Numbered from the stretch's first letter, positions 37,850-50,715 are shown. The stretch is 64,000 bases of DNA from Isurus oxyrinchus (GCA_026770705.1 JANJGN010000005.1:166904001-166968000), one strand, 5' to 3'. Notes: generated from the letters alone by a model not told the origin. Program-made: numbers and translations.

Positions 37850-38320
37850 CAACCAGAATGATACCAGGGAGGAGAGACTTCAGTTATGTGGAGGGACTGG
37901 AGAAGCTTGATTTGCTTTCATGAGAGCAGAAGATGTTAAGAGGAGATTTAATTGAGATGCTCAAAACGATGAAGGGTTTTGATTGAGTAGATAGGGAGAA
38001 ATTGTTTCCAATGGCAGGAGAGTCAGCAGCCAAAGGTAACAGATTAAAGATATTTGATGAACAACAATGAGGTGATGATAATGTATTTTAAACTTTCACA
38101 GTAAATGGTTATTATCTAGAAGGCACTGCTTGAAATGATGGTGGAGGCTGAATCATTTGTAACTTGTGAAAGGGAATTATATACTTGAAAAGGAAAAAGT
38201 GCAGAATCATAGGGAGAAAAAAGGGGAGTGAGACTAATTGGAAAACACTTTCAAAGAGACAGCACAGATGATGGGCCGAAAGGCTCCTGTCTTTCCATCT
38301 TTGCTGCATTCTATGATATC
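37850..38320 (+). mobile_element. CR1 LINE 3' fragment
   Basis: ttcagttatgtggagggactggagaagct...gggccgaaaggctcct...cattctatgat. Confidence 0.7.
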
Positions 38321-38323
38321 ATT

Positions 38324-39386
38324 AGCCAAAATCTTTTGATGAGCGGCAATCAACATCAGATTGCCACTCCCCTCCTACTTTTCTCTGCCAGGCTGGAGCT
38401 CCGTGTTTCTGGCTGGGACTTCCAATCCAGACGTCTCCAGGAATGCGGAGTGCACAGTCCCTCGAAGAGTTTCATCATAGCTGGAGCATCAAGGTGAGAC
38501 AACTCTTGCTCGATTTTATGGCACTAGCTGCTGTATCCTGGTAAGTAAGTTTAAATGTTCCAAAGCTTCTTTGAAAATCTACATAGAGAATGTAGGTGGG
38601 TAAGGGGGTATTATGCGTAAGGTAAGTGGCTAAAGGTAGATAAGGTAAGGGGCAGAGTGGGTAAGTGGATAGGGTGGGTAAGGTAGGTGGGTAAGGGGTT
38701 ATGGCGAGTGGGGTAAGTGGGTAGGGTCTCAAGTGGGGAAATGGCAGGTGGGTAGGGTGGCAGGTGGGCAAAGTGGTAACTGGGGTAGGGTGGTAGATGG
38801 GTATGATAGCAGGGTGGCAGGTGGGTGAGGTGTTAGAGTGGCAGCTGGATAGGGTCACAGGGTGGCAGGTGGGTAGGGTCATAGTTGGGTGAGATAGGTA
38901 GGTGATTGAGTTGGGTAGGGTGACACATGAATAATTGAGTAGGTGGGTTGAGGGTAGTCCGGATGGGCTGGGAGTGCTTGTCAAGTCTAGGGCTAGACAG
39001 GTCAAGCCAGGAGGCAGTTGGATGTTGGGGGATAATCAGGTCGAAATGCATCTTTTTTGTTGATTTGTTCAAAGAGGGACATAGAGTGGAATCTTGTGGA
39101 AGTGACAGGGGTCTCGGCCACCAGCTGGAAGCATTTAACAGGACAGTGTTGGACCTTCCCCAGGGATCAAGGTAACTAAGTTGAAACTGCCCGAAGTTTC
39201 TGGTTCTAACCCAGAATTGGAGACTTTTTCAGAGGATCCCGAGGAGCAGAGGAATTTCCCATTGAAAATTCAAACATCCTGGGCAATTCCCATGGGATCA
39301 GTGTGTAGGATTTCCGAAGGGCCTTGTGGCACATCTTCTGGGATTCATCTGGTCTCTCACTATCCGGAGACCAGAAGATCTGGACC
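38324..39386. mobile_element. Non-autonomous TIR element with G-rich low-complexity core
   Basis: Imperfect TIRs agccaaaatctt / aagatctggacc; flanks ATT and ATT; gggtaag/gggtggca repeats at 38590-38950. Confidence 0.55.
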
Positions 39387-41049
39387 ATTACCTTTTTGCT
39401 TATGGGCAACAGAAGGAATATTGTTGCTGAGACAGGAGGGAGCAGTGTTGGCAGAAATTCCAGTCCTGCAAATAAAGCTCAGATGGTAAAACCAGCAAAT
39501 GCATTACAAAGTATAGATTAATAATGTTATAAGTATCAGTGTATGCCATCTGGAAATTACCTTCAATATACTGCAAAAAAAGCTGCCAGTCTGCTACCGA
39601 GTGATTCCTTCTAAATGCCTTGGCAGCCTTTGTCATTTCAAAAGCAAGTTATTGTTAATTTAACCCCATTTTGGCCATTACTATGCCCTGTTTTATTTGG
39701 TGATAGCAATGCATTAAGAAAGAACAAACTAATAACCAAAGCAGCTGAAAAACTGCCTGAGAAACAAACCAAAATAGAACACTGTCACATAAGTCCAGTC
39801 ACAAGATTTGCTAGAGTATCACAGAACCAATTTGACGACGCAAGTGGAATGCTTGAAGTTTTGTCAAAATGCAAACTGGGTGTAATCTTTTAATTTTTTT
39901 TTATAAGTTAAAAAGTTTGCATGGTTGCAAGGTGTTGGAAAATCGAAGTCAATGTTTACCCCTCAACTTTCATTCACATGAGTTTCTTTACAACACATTT
40001 TGCAAAATACAATCTCAGGCAAATTTTTAATACTGAACACATATTGAAGGGGAGTACTAACAAAGGGTTCTCTGTGTTCTCATTATTCACAGAGGAGAGT
40101 CAGATAAAACTATAATCTTGTTATATTTTACTGCTGTAAAATATTGTGGCCTGAATCCTCAAAGGGATAAAATCAGTGTGTGAAGAAGTGCAACTGTCAG
40201 ATGCAAAGATGATTGTAAAAATAAACCAGGTTTTTCATATCTTTCTTCAATCCAGTCTTCTTGTCTTGGGAATAATGGATTTTTGAACAATAGTTTTTTT
40301 TTAACTAAGGAAGCTCTGAAGTGAGTGAAATTGTCATTCTTGGTTTTATAATTGTAATTTTTCTAAAATGTATTTTACTTTCAAGTTATTTTGTTTTATA
40401 TTTAAATTTCATAGCTTTTGGGTTAGGAATCCTAGTTTTCTTTTGTCAGTATACAGTCAGTGTAATTCCAGGTTTCTCCGTTCCATTTTCTGATCCCACT
40501 CTTAAATTCTATCAATAGATAAGAATGAGCTACACAGTTAATTGAATCAGGCCAATTTGGGTCAATTTGGATTTTTCAAAATTTGCTCAGCCAAGATCAC
40601 TTTGGACTTCAGTTATCTCTTTTGCTTCTTCAATAAGGTCATATGACTTAGTAATGTGACTTATATCACATGTGGGATGAAGTATTATAGACCTAATTGT
40701 CAGGTTGCAGAGGAAACACCCCTCTCTCCTGGACTCAGTAGATCATGAAGCCACAAAGATTACTAGAACAGATAAAATTGACCTCGTATATGAGGAAGAG
40801 GAAGATCATATAACCTGGAACACAAGGTCCAATTTGAATCCCCGACATCTTCCACACCAGCCTAAATTTTCTGATGCAATGTGGCATTGCACCCAATTAG
40901 TGCAAAGCTAAACCTACATTTAATTCAGCTTTCAGCTAATTAACATGTCTGGTTTTCCCTTGAAAGAAACTGGCAGAAGCCTTTGACAATAAATGATTTT
41001 GTTGGACGCTACGCAGGGAACAGACTGAATCAGGTACCATTTTTGGTGT

Positions 41050-41841
41050 TCCCTCAATTTAGTCTACTGCATTCGTTGCTCCCAATGTGGTTTCCTCTAC
41101 ATTGGAGAGACCAAACGCAGACTGGATGACCGCTTTGCAGAACACCTTCGGTCTGTCCGCAAGCATTACCCACACCTCCCTGTCGCTTGCCATTTCAACA
41201 CTCCACCCTGCTCTCATGCCCACATGTCCGTCCTTGGCTTACTGCATTGTTCCAGTGAAGCTCAACGCAAACTGAACGAACAGCATCTCATCTTCCGACT
41301 AGGCACTTTACAGCCTTCCGGACTGAATATTGAGTTCAACAATTTTAGATCATGAGCTCTCTCCTCCATCCCCACCCCCTTTCCGATCCCCCCCCCCTGT
41401 TTTTCCAATAACTTATATAGATTTTTCTTTTCCCATCTACTTCCATTATTTTTACATGTATTTCCATCCATTGTTTTATCTCTACCTTTTAGCCTTTTTT
41501 GATTCCTTCACCCGACTCTTGCTTGTCCTGCGTTCTACCCTTAATTAGCACATTCCTCAGATACTATCACCACCTTCAACAGCTCTTTGTCCTTTTGTCT
41601 GTGACATCTTTTGGTTATCTCCACCTATCACTGGCCCTCTATCCAGCTCTTCTTGTCCCACCCCCCGCTTAAACAAGCTTTTATTTCATCTCTCTTCTAT
41701 TTTTACTTAGTTCTGTTGAAGGATCATTCGGACTCGAAACGTTAACTGTGTTCTTCTCTGCAGATGCTGCCAGACCTGCTGAGTTTTTCCAGGTAGTTTT
41801 GTTTTTGTTTTGGATTTCCAGCATCCGCAGATTTTTGCTTT
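41050..41841 (+). mobile_element. Penelope-like element, 5'-truncated, with 3' terminal repeat
   Basis: GIY-YIG ORF end followed by terminal repeat; 15-bp flank duplication taccatttttggtgt (41035-41049, 41842-41856). Confidence 0.92.
41056..41355 (+). CDS. GIY-YIG endonuclease domain of a Penelope-like element (partial, no start codon)
   Basis: Uninterrupted frame NLVYCIRCSQCGFLYIGETKRRLDDRFAEHLRSVRKH...VACHFN...LIFRLGTLQPSGLNIEFNNFRS*; absent from the supplied ORF track. Confidence 0.85.
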   Translation, partial: NLVYCIRCSQCGFLYIGETKRRLDDRFAEHLRSVRKHYPHLPVACHFNTPPCSHAHMSVLGLLHCSSEAQRKLNEQHLIFRLGTLQPSGLNIEFNNFRS

Positions 41842-42409
41842 TACCATTTTTGGTGTGTCATTCTTTATTCACTGAGACCACCAAGCTCTCATTAGAACAG
41901 AGAATGTTGAGGTGATTTAATTGCAGTGCTCAAAGTGGCTTTGTGTGAATTACTTTTACACCTAAAATTTGCTCCCACCCCAAACAATGTCAGTAAAACC
42001 AATTGCCCAGATATCTTAAGAAATCTCAATTCAATATTTCAATTCAGAGATCCAATAACTTCGGAGTTTTAAATGTAAATTTAAAAATCTGCAGTGAGGC
42101 CAGCCTCTGACTTATGATTTACTGGGTCTAATAGTGGGAATATTATTACGGTTGTAACTAACATGCTGTGTTGCAACTTGATACCAAACAGGGCATCTGT
42201 GATTTTTTTGTTGATTATTCCCTTGTAGGCAATCTATGATAGAATCACTGCAATAATTTTTCTCTGATATTTCCTGGGAAGCCAATGTAAATCTTAAGTA
42301 CTCAACTTTTAATCTGATTCTTGGAATGATATGCTCCCACGTTGATCACAAATCTCATTGTAGATGTCACCATCTGTCTATGTAGCAAGAATGACTAAAG
42401 ATTCGGAAC

Positions 42410-43085
42410 ACAAATATTGCATCTTCATTTTTTTCATCTGTTTAAAGAGAGACGTAGCATGGAATCTTGTGGAAGTGACAGGGGTCTCGGCCACTGCCTG
42501 GAGGCATTTAACAGGCCAGCGTTAGCCCTTCCCATGGGATCTCGGAGACGGAAGCCCCACCAACCAAGAGCTGCTAGCCAATCAGAGGACAGCAGCTCTT
42601 GTGCACTCAGCAGTGCCACAAGGGAGATGGTGGTTGCTGCCAGTGCTATGCCCATCTGAGGCCAATGGATCATGGAAGGACCCAGGCAAAGGTGAGTGAT
42701 AGAGGGAAGGGGGTCATGGGGGTTGGCAGGAGAGGGGGGATAGGGTCAGCAGTAAGGGCAAAGGGGTAGCTATTAGTGGGCCACCACTACCCTCAATCAG
42801 ACACCGAGTGCCTTTGAAGGAGGGACTCCCAGAAGCCGCAAGCAAACATGCCAAGTTTTACTTGTTGTGATTCTTGCAATTGTGGGTTAATACCAGCAGT
42901 GGTAGGATGAGGCTCTTAAGTGGGCATTAATTGCCTCCATAAGGGCTGCAATTGGTGGCAGGGTGGAAGGCTACCACAAACTTAAACAGGGTGGAGGCAG
43001 CAAGGTAGCAAGGTCATCACCCACTGCCCTGTCACCTGATTAAAAGCACCAGCAAACTCACCAAGGGGAAGGGTTTCCACCCATT
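42410..43085. mobile_element. MITE family B-related element plus a module shared with 39045-39170
   Basis: caatcagagg.cagcagct, gagtgcctttgaa and ctgattaaa shared with 20603-21273. Confidence 0.55.
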
Positions 43086-44317
43086 TTTTGTGCTCCGAGT
43101 GCAAAGCTTTGCTTGTGAGGGCATGCCAAGAATTCAGTTTGTCTGTGACTAACAGGTACATGTTTTTCTGTCTGTTAAAATAAATTGAAATGGACCCTGA
43201 ATTTCGAAAGCCATTCTGACAGATCCCTGTTGGTAGAATAGCGGGAATTATGTTTGGTGCTAGATATGTCATGGAAGTTTCCAGTGGTCTGTTTGTTGGG
43301 GTGGAGACTCTGCCCGGTACACACCAGGCCCCTGATACAGAGTGAGTTGAGCCAAGGATGAGGCTGCCACATTTCTCCATGGAATATAGGCTTGTTTTTG
43401 CCTAGTTACAATGAATATACCTACCTGCCATGATGTGCACATTTAGGGGAGCTGCACGTATCTCACACTACTGTGTCACAAACTAGGAATATTAGAAACG
43501 TGGAATAAATATTTTGATTGCAATCTGCGAGTAACTGGCAAGTTCCCAGCTTGTGGAATTCCATACATGGGCATGACATTTTTTTTTGCAAAAGTCAATC
43601 CCTGTTAACAAATCAGATACAAAATTGAGGGAAAATACATCTTTCCAGCTGTGAGTTTTGAGAATGCAGTTCTGTTGACAGCAAAAAAAGCTATTAGCAA
43701 CCTATCACAACACACTTGCAATAATCCTGCTTTAATGCTTCTCGACCACTGAATATGTGACTTAAAATCAGTATGAATGGCACCTCTCCCACTGAAGTAG
43801 ACACAAGCAGATTCAGTAAAGCACTGTTGCCGAGGGAGGACAGGGTGAGGCACCAAGAATTAGTAAGGAAGAGCAGCAGTGGTTAATAAAGAGCCAGCTA
43901 GCAAAGGGCAGAAGTCCAACATGCTGAGTGCCCATGCTGAGTTGTATAGAAATACAGACCTTTGTGGGGTTACTTTGAAACACAGACTGGAGGTGGGTGA
44001 ATTATTAAGGAAAATTATAGAAATATTACTTCAAAGTAACAATAAAGGATATAGAGAAGAAAGAGCAGGAGAAGCATTCCCTTATCTCATTTATAAAAGT
44101 ATTTTTTTCTTTCTTGCATTCTTAGCACATGAAGTTGGAGCATAGTGAAATATGAAACAATCCAACATCCTGGTAACTTCTGCCATATTCCAATAGCTAA
44201 CGTAATTGGAACAGCAGTTGTTTACATGACTGACTGCCATTGAAGTAACATCACATGACAATGCCAGCAGCATTTGCTACTGAGTTCTCAATTGCACAGG
44301 TCACAGGTAATCTGATG

Positions 44318-44512
44318 AAAGAAAGAACAAATTTGCATTTATGAAGGGCCGTTCGCAACCTCCAGATATTCCAAATGACCTTACAGGCAGTGAAGTACTT
44401 TTGAAGTGTAGTTACTGTTGTAATGTAAGAAACAGCAGCTAATTTGCACACAGGAAGCTCTGACAAAGAGTAATGAGATAATGACCTCTTCTAATGATAT
44501 GATTTGAGATTT
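44318..44512 (-). mobile_element. DeuSINE/L2-tail fragment (continues at 46686-46763)
   Basis: aagaaagaacaaatttgcatttat...tgaagtacttttgaagtgtagt; resumes as cattggctaagacat...catgggatctttta after the CR1 insertion. Confidence 0.65.
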
Positions 44513-44514
44513 AA

Positions 44515-46685
44515 AAATAAATCCAAATTCCCTGGATTCCGGATAGATCCCACTGGGTTGGAAAATAGTGAATCTGACTGCTCTATATAAGAAAGGAGGG
44601 AGACAGAAAGAAGAGAACTACAGGCCAATTAGCTTAACATTAGTCATAATAAAATTCTGGAATCTATTATTAAGGAAGGCATTGAAAATCTCATCGCAAT
44701 CAGTCAGAGTCAACCTGGTTTTATGAAAGGGAATTCATGTTTGACTAATCTATTGGAGTTCTTTGAGGAAGTAACAAGCAATGTGGAAATAGGGGAACCT
44801 GTGGATATGATGTACCTAGATTTCCAGAAGGAAATTGACAAGGTGCCACATCAAAGGATGCTACTCAAAATAAGAGTTCATGGGCCAGGATTTCCCAGTT
44901 GGCGAGTTGGGGGGGGTGGGGGGCTGGTGGGGTGCGAGGTCCACTCACCGACACGTAAAATGACACGGGATGTCGTTGGGTCAAACTCCTGACGTCACCC
45001 TGCCTCATTTCAATTTTTAGGTCGGCTAGGTCTCAGCCGAATCAGCTGTGTGCCCACCGACCTGTCAACGGCCTATTGAGGCCATTGACAAAGTAATTAA
45101 AGTAATTAGTGGACCTGCCTGTCCAATCTTAATGTTGGCGGGCAGGCTGGGAGCCCTCGCGGGCATTGGAAAAATTTTGAAAACTCATCCACGGACAGGG
45201 TGAGATTTCAAGTGGGTTTTTAAAAATTTAATAAAAGTGTAACTCAAAGTGATGGACATGTTCCAACTGAGGGACATGTCAGGGAAATTTTTTTCTTCTG
45301 TTTTTAGCATTTTTTAACGTGGAGCTGATCTCCCTGAGGCAGCATTTAGCCTCAGGGAGATGAGTGCTCTCTTCTGTGCAAAAGAGAGCACTCTTGACTC
45401 AGGGAATCTCACCACCACCCCCTCCCCACCTGCACAGGGAGGCACTTCCCTGTGGACGTCATGCTGGACAGGCCTTAATTGGCCTGCCCACGTAAAATGG
45501 CGGTGCGCCCCCGATTGGGACGCCGATCGGAGGCACGCCCATTCCTGAAATTCCCCCCCACCGACAGGGGGAAAATTCTGCCCATGGTTTAGGGGTGAAA
45601 TATTAACATGGATAGAGGATTGGTTAGCTAACAGGAAATTGAGAGTCGACATAAATGGGTCATTTTCCAGTTGGCAAGATGTGACAAGTGGAGTGCCACA
45701 GGGATCAGTGTTGGGCCTCAACTATTTATAATAGATATCAATGACTCGGATGAAGGGACCAAATGCATGGTTGTTAAATTTTCTGAGAGGTAAGAAAGTA
45801 AGTTGTGGAGAGGATGTAAGGAATCTGTAAAGGTTTAGGTGAGTTGGCAAAAATTTGGCAGATGAAGTATAATGTGAGAAAATGTAAAATTATCTGCTTT
45901 GGTGGGAAAAATAGAAAAACAGCATTTTATTTAGGTGGAGAGAGATTATAGAATCCTGAAGTGTAGAAGGATTTGGGTGTCCTGGTACATGAAACACAAA
46001 AAGTTAGTATGTGGGTACAGCAAAGTGATTAGGAAGGCAAATGGAATGTTGTTTTCTGCAAGCGGAATGGAATATAGAAGTAGGGGTAATTCACTACAGT
46101 TGTATGGGCCGTTGGTGAGACCACATCTGGAGTACCGTGTATAGTTTTGGTCTACTTATTTAAGAAACAATATAAATGTGTTCGATGCAGCTCAGAGAAA
46201 TTTCACTCAATTGATAACTAGGATGGGGGTTTATCTTCTGAGGAAAGGTTGGACAGGTTGGGCTTTTACCCATTGGCGTTTAAAAGAATGAGAGGTGATC
46301 TTACTGAAATGTATAAGATCCTGAGGGGACTTGACTGGGTGGATGCTGAAAGGATATTCCGCTTGTGGAGGAGACTTTAACTATGGGATACAGTTTAAAA
46401 ATAAGGTGTCCCCCATTTAAGGCGGAGATGAGGAATTTTGTTTTTCTCTCAGAGGGTCGTGAACCTTTGGAACTTTCTTCCCCAGAAAGTGGGGGAGGCA
46501 GGGCCTTTGGATATTTTTAAGACAGAGGTATATAGATTCTTAACTAATAAGGGAGTCAAGGGTTATTGGGGGTAGGCAGGAATGTGGATTTGATGCCACA
46601 ATCAAATCAGCCATGATCTTGTGGAATGGAGGAGCAGGCTCAAGGGGCCAAGTATCCTATTCCTGATCCTAATTCGTATCTTTGT
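44515..46685 (+). mobile_element. CR1 LINE RT and 3' end
   Basis: MKGNSCLTNLLEFFEEVT...YLDFQK..DKVPH; GVPQGSVLG; LVRPHLEY. Confidence 0.9.
44883..45583 (-). mobile_element. Harbinger-like MITE family A, copy 5
   Basis: TIRs ggccaggattt / aaaattctgccc; TSD ATG; splits KIRVHG of the CR1 RT. Confidence 0.92.
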
Positions 46686-47292
46686 AACATTGGCTAAGAC
46701 ATCAAGTAGAACTTCAGTATTGTTCTTCAGAATAATCTCATGGGATCTTTTATTTCCTATTGAGGGGCGGTCAGGAATTGTTGCACATTTGCGCTTTGTG
46801 CAGTAGCAGGCAGGGAAAACAATGTTTTACCCGTCGGCCGCAATAGCAGCTTCTCATGCCGCATCATCCCAATACTGCCTCATTAATTGTTCATTCCTGG
46901 GAAACACTCTGCTTCTCTCATTCGCCCGCCACGCCATCACCTCGCCGCTTCATCACGCCGAGTGCCACGTTTAAAGTGCAGCCACACACACACCTCTCAG
47001 TGCTTCCAGACCATGGTTGCTGCAAAGAAGACATGACCCTTAAAGGCAAAAAGACTGCAGACCCCTGGTTTAGTGACACGTCCCTCAAGCGCCTTTTGGA
47101 TGCAGTGAACACCAGCCATGATGTCCTCTAACTCCGCTCTGGCTGCAGGATGAACAGCAGCATCACCAATCCAGCATGGGAGGTGGGGGCAGCAGTGGTC
47201 AGTGGCAATGCCCTACAAAAGAGAACAGCCACCCAGTGCTGTAACAGGGTGAATGGCCTCGTCTTTTCCACCAGGGTAAGTCACTCTTCTGA

Positions 47293-47441
47293 TAAAAGCA
47301 AAACACTGTGGGTGCTGGAAATCTGAAACAAAAACAAAAACAAAAACAAAAATTGCTGGAAAAACTCAGCAGATCCAACAGCATCCGCGGAGAGGAAGAC
47401 AGTCAACGTTTCGAGTCCAAAAGACTCTTCATCAGAACAGT
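47293..47441 (-). mobile_element. Penelope-like terminal repeat fragment in intron 1 of the Harbinger Myb gene
   Basis: Reverse complement of 41710-41841; absent from the paralogous 13705-13800 intron. Confidence 0.85.
47400..47440 (-). ncRNA. Candidate minimal hammerhead ribozyme motif
   Basis: Minus strand reads CTGATGA-A-GAGTC-ttttg-GACTC-GAAA-CGTT, with palindromic AACGTT in the helix III position. Confidence 0.55.
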
Positions 47442-50400
47442 TCAAGGGACAACACCACTAACTCACACACACCAGCACATCTTCCTCAAGCTCATATACT
47501 CTGGAGCTCACGGTCTCTTCCCATCCACGTTTTCGTTCACTACACAAACATTCCACACAGTGCCATGAGTCCTGGTCACACTCTCCATCTGTTTTCACGC
47601 ATGAGAAGCCTGCTGACAACAGCAGGCAGGAGTCCCAGACCAGAGATGGAATGGCCCACATTAGGCCCCTCACTCACTTTGAGGAGTGTGCCGTCGCACT
47701 GACTGGTGAGGACGTGGACCCTGCCTGCGGCGACAGTGAGGTCGGCGGTAAACACCCTGGAGAGGATCCTGCAGCACATCATCCCTTTCTCAGCGCAAAT
47801 GTTTATGTTCTCTGTCCTGCTTTTGATTGTGCTACCATACACTAATTATCTCTACTTTGGTTCACAGGGAGCTCTGCCAAGGGACCGACCCTCTCAGTGA
47901 GTCAATCCCTCAGCTCCATCCATGTCCTTAACTCAAGCCAAGAGGACACCTCCTCCATTGAAGAGCTGTAAACAAGCAGCCTGGAAGACCCATCACAGTG
48001 TCTACTCACACCCTGCACCAGTGCAGAGACACACATCTCGGTGGGATCCACTTGTAGAGCAGGCTTGGGTTCACAATTGTTCCCTGGCACTCTCAGGACT
48101 GCTGGGGAAGAAACATCTGTGAGGTCTGAGTCAGATGACGAACCTCTGGATTCGGCCTTCCAACTCAACCTGGAGAGTCAGCAGGAGACAGGGGAACATC
48201 ATGCAGAGCTGTTGGAAGCCCTCAACAGAATGATACGCAAGTTACAGCAGTGCGTCCACCTGCTCTCTGATGAAGTGGTGACTATATGTGCTCATATGGA
48301 AGTCTCCATGGGGAGGATGGCGGATGCCATGGAGACCCTCATCCATCAGAATGTGGAGATGTGCACAGAACCGCACTCCATTGTGGTAGCCATGGGTGAA
48401 TTCCTGCAGTGGTGACGTGAGAGGGAAACGGGGCATCTCAACGCCCCTTCAGGTGCTTCTACCCCTCAAGGGGTTAGGTGAAGCCCCTGGGCAATCGAAG
48501 GGCAGAGGAGTGGCAGCTGGATGCCCTTGCATCATCCACTCAAGAATCTAAGAGGCTGTCCATTCCCTCCAAGTTCCCTTTGCCTGTGACCCCACCTCCA
48601 CTTCCTCCTCTGTTACCACAGAAGGAGCAGCCGGCCCACAAGAGAACAACCAAAGCAAGTCAAACCAACCCCAAGGCCTCAGTTCTCCAGAGGATCAATG
48701 CAGAAGGCACCAGAGGCAATAGGGCCAACCATTACACAGACTGTCTCCATGCCTGCTATGGATGTCAGGGCAGCAACTAGAAGTTCAAAAGTTAAGAAAT
48801 TCTGATTACGCAGGTGAACACGTTTTGTCACTTAACAATCTGGAAGTATATTTACTTTCACTGAATAATATGAAATGCTGTCTTTCAGCTTCTTTGACAG
48901 GCTTCATGAGTCCTTCCACTGCATTTTGCCCCAACCGCCCCCCTCTCCCCGCCGAAACTAGCAATTTAAATGCACGCAGCTAGCCCACGAGTGATTCTGG
49001 AGGGAGAAGTGTGTGTGTGGCAGGGCCTTTCGGAGCCTCGTGCAAGCACTCTCCTACACACGCAGATCCTTCCCGTATCACACTGATTTCAATGTCCTCA
49101 GCATTTTCAATGCCGCTTGCTGGAGTTCGCTTTCAGTTGTCCAACTGAGCTGACCTTCAACTTCTCTGCCCACCCACTGACCACATTCCCGTGCAGCACC
49201 TGATCTTACGCACCACGACCCTCATTTCACTAGCATGATCACGTACTGTTTTTCTTTGCTCCCCCTCGACTTTCCCCTGCCCCAGTGACCCATTTCCTTT
49301 CCCCCAGAACTGTCAACCCCCCTGACATCACCTTCCACCTCCCCTCCATGACCTACCAGCCACAACCCTTTTCCTTCAGCGATGTCCAAGTGAATGAGCA
49401 TGTTCCATTCCTTCCTGAAAATCCCACCCCTATTCACATTAACTTCCTTGACCCCTTCCTTCCTACCCCCATGTGTCTGCCTCCAAGCCCCCACCAACCA
49501 CTCTCGCTGTCCCTTCTACCAATACACGAGCCCTATCCCTCCCACCCTACTGCCTCACTCTGCCCTCTATCATTTTCACCATATCCCTATACCACTCCCA
49601 CCCTCAGTTCACTCCCCAGGAGGCAGTCATGGGCTTGCATGTTCACCTGGACATCATTCACTCTGGACTCCTGACATAGGTCTGTGGCCATGTATTCACA
49701 TGTGCCTAGAATTAATAAACAAACCCACGATGTGTTCATCTAATGCTTATGAGCGATTGGTGTTTTTATGTTATTATAAAAATACAACACTATGATCAGT
49801 AGGTATTCTGAGCAGATTCTTTGGTTAATGTTATGCTTGGTGTAGGATAAGAGGCTAACTAAAACCAGTCAAGTGCTGCTAAAGGGAAGAGCAGTCAAAT
49901 TGGACTCAGTAGTATTATGAGGCCCATTAAGGATCCAGAAGGTGTCTGTAGCAAGTGTGCACGCTTCTAGTGCAAAGTACACCAGACACCAAAATGGTAA
50001 AGGGGATAGAATGCATAGACCTAATGTCCACCGGAAGTAAGCAGGGCAGGCAGATCATAATGTCAATCAGTGCTAAATGCTGATTTGATGCTAGTGCAGC
50101 TATTTTGGAACTCAAAGCATTTCATGTTGGATAGGCTGGGCTCCAGATTCTGCTAAATGCCCTATACGAAGTTGGCTCTGAACACGTCCATGCTTTATGA
50201 TGTAAAGCACAGGCTTTCTATCACTGTTTCCATTGCACTAAGCATTTGAGTGTGCACACCCATCAGCATTCTTCACTAGGCTACTGTATCAAAATCATCA
50301 CCTGGGTCATCTCTAGCAGGATTAGTATATGACCTTACCCTCCGTGAGCTGGCATCTGTGCTATCCTTTCCCCTGCACTTGTGGCAGTGTACTTGTGCCC

Positions 50401-50504
50401 GATGTCTCACCACATGCAGATCTCACCTCTATCCTATCCTCTAAATTACATATGGTGTCATAACCTGAGCTGGTGGCTGTGAGTGCCAAATCGAGCAGCG
50501 GTGG

Positions 50505-50715
50505 TCTCTTTACTTAAGGGGGGATATACTTGCATTGGCGGCAGTTCGGAGAAGATTCACTAGGTTGATTCCAGGGGTGGATGGGATGTCTTATGAGGAA
50601 AGGTTGAACAGGTTGGGTCTATACTCATTGGAGTTTCTAAGAATATGAGGAGATATTGAAACATATAGGGCAGAATTTTGCTCTTGGCGGGCAGGCTTGG
50701 GGGGCAGTGGGAAAG
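50505..50715 (+). mobile_element. CR1 fragment followed by a truncated MITE family A end (50668-50715)
   Basis: tatgaggaaaggttgaacaggttgggtct...gaaacatata then gggcagaattttg. Confidence 0.7.

Larger units (their letters stand above)
46764..49240 (+). mobile_element. Harbinger-type element with 3-exon Myb/SANT pseudogene (same family as 13185-14549)
   Basis: ATG 47033 MTLKGKKTADPWFSDTSLKRLLDAV; donor gtaag 47276; acceptor 47867; C-terminal MEVSMGRMADAMETL; right boundary uncertain. Confidence 0.8.

Noticed and set aside
38475-39005. 176-aa Pro/Thr-rich ORF
   Set aside because: Antisense reading of a G-rich simple repeat.
40705-40911. Possible exon or ORF (QRKHPSLLDSVDHEATK...)
   Set aside because: Weak acceptor, no convincing donor, no recognisable homology.
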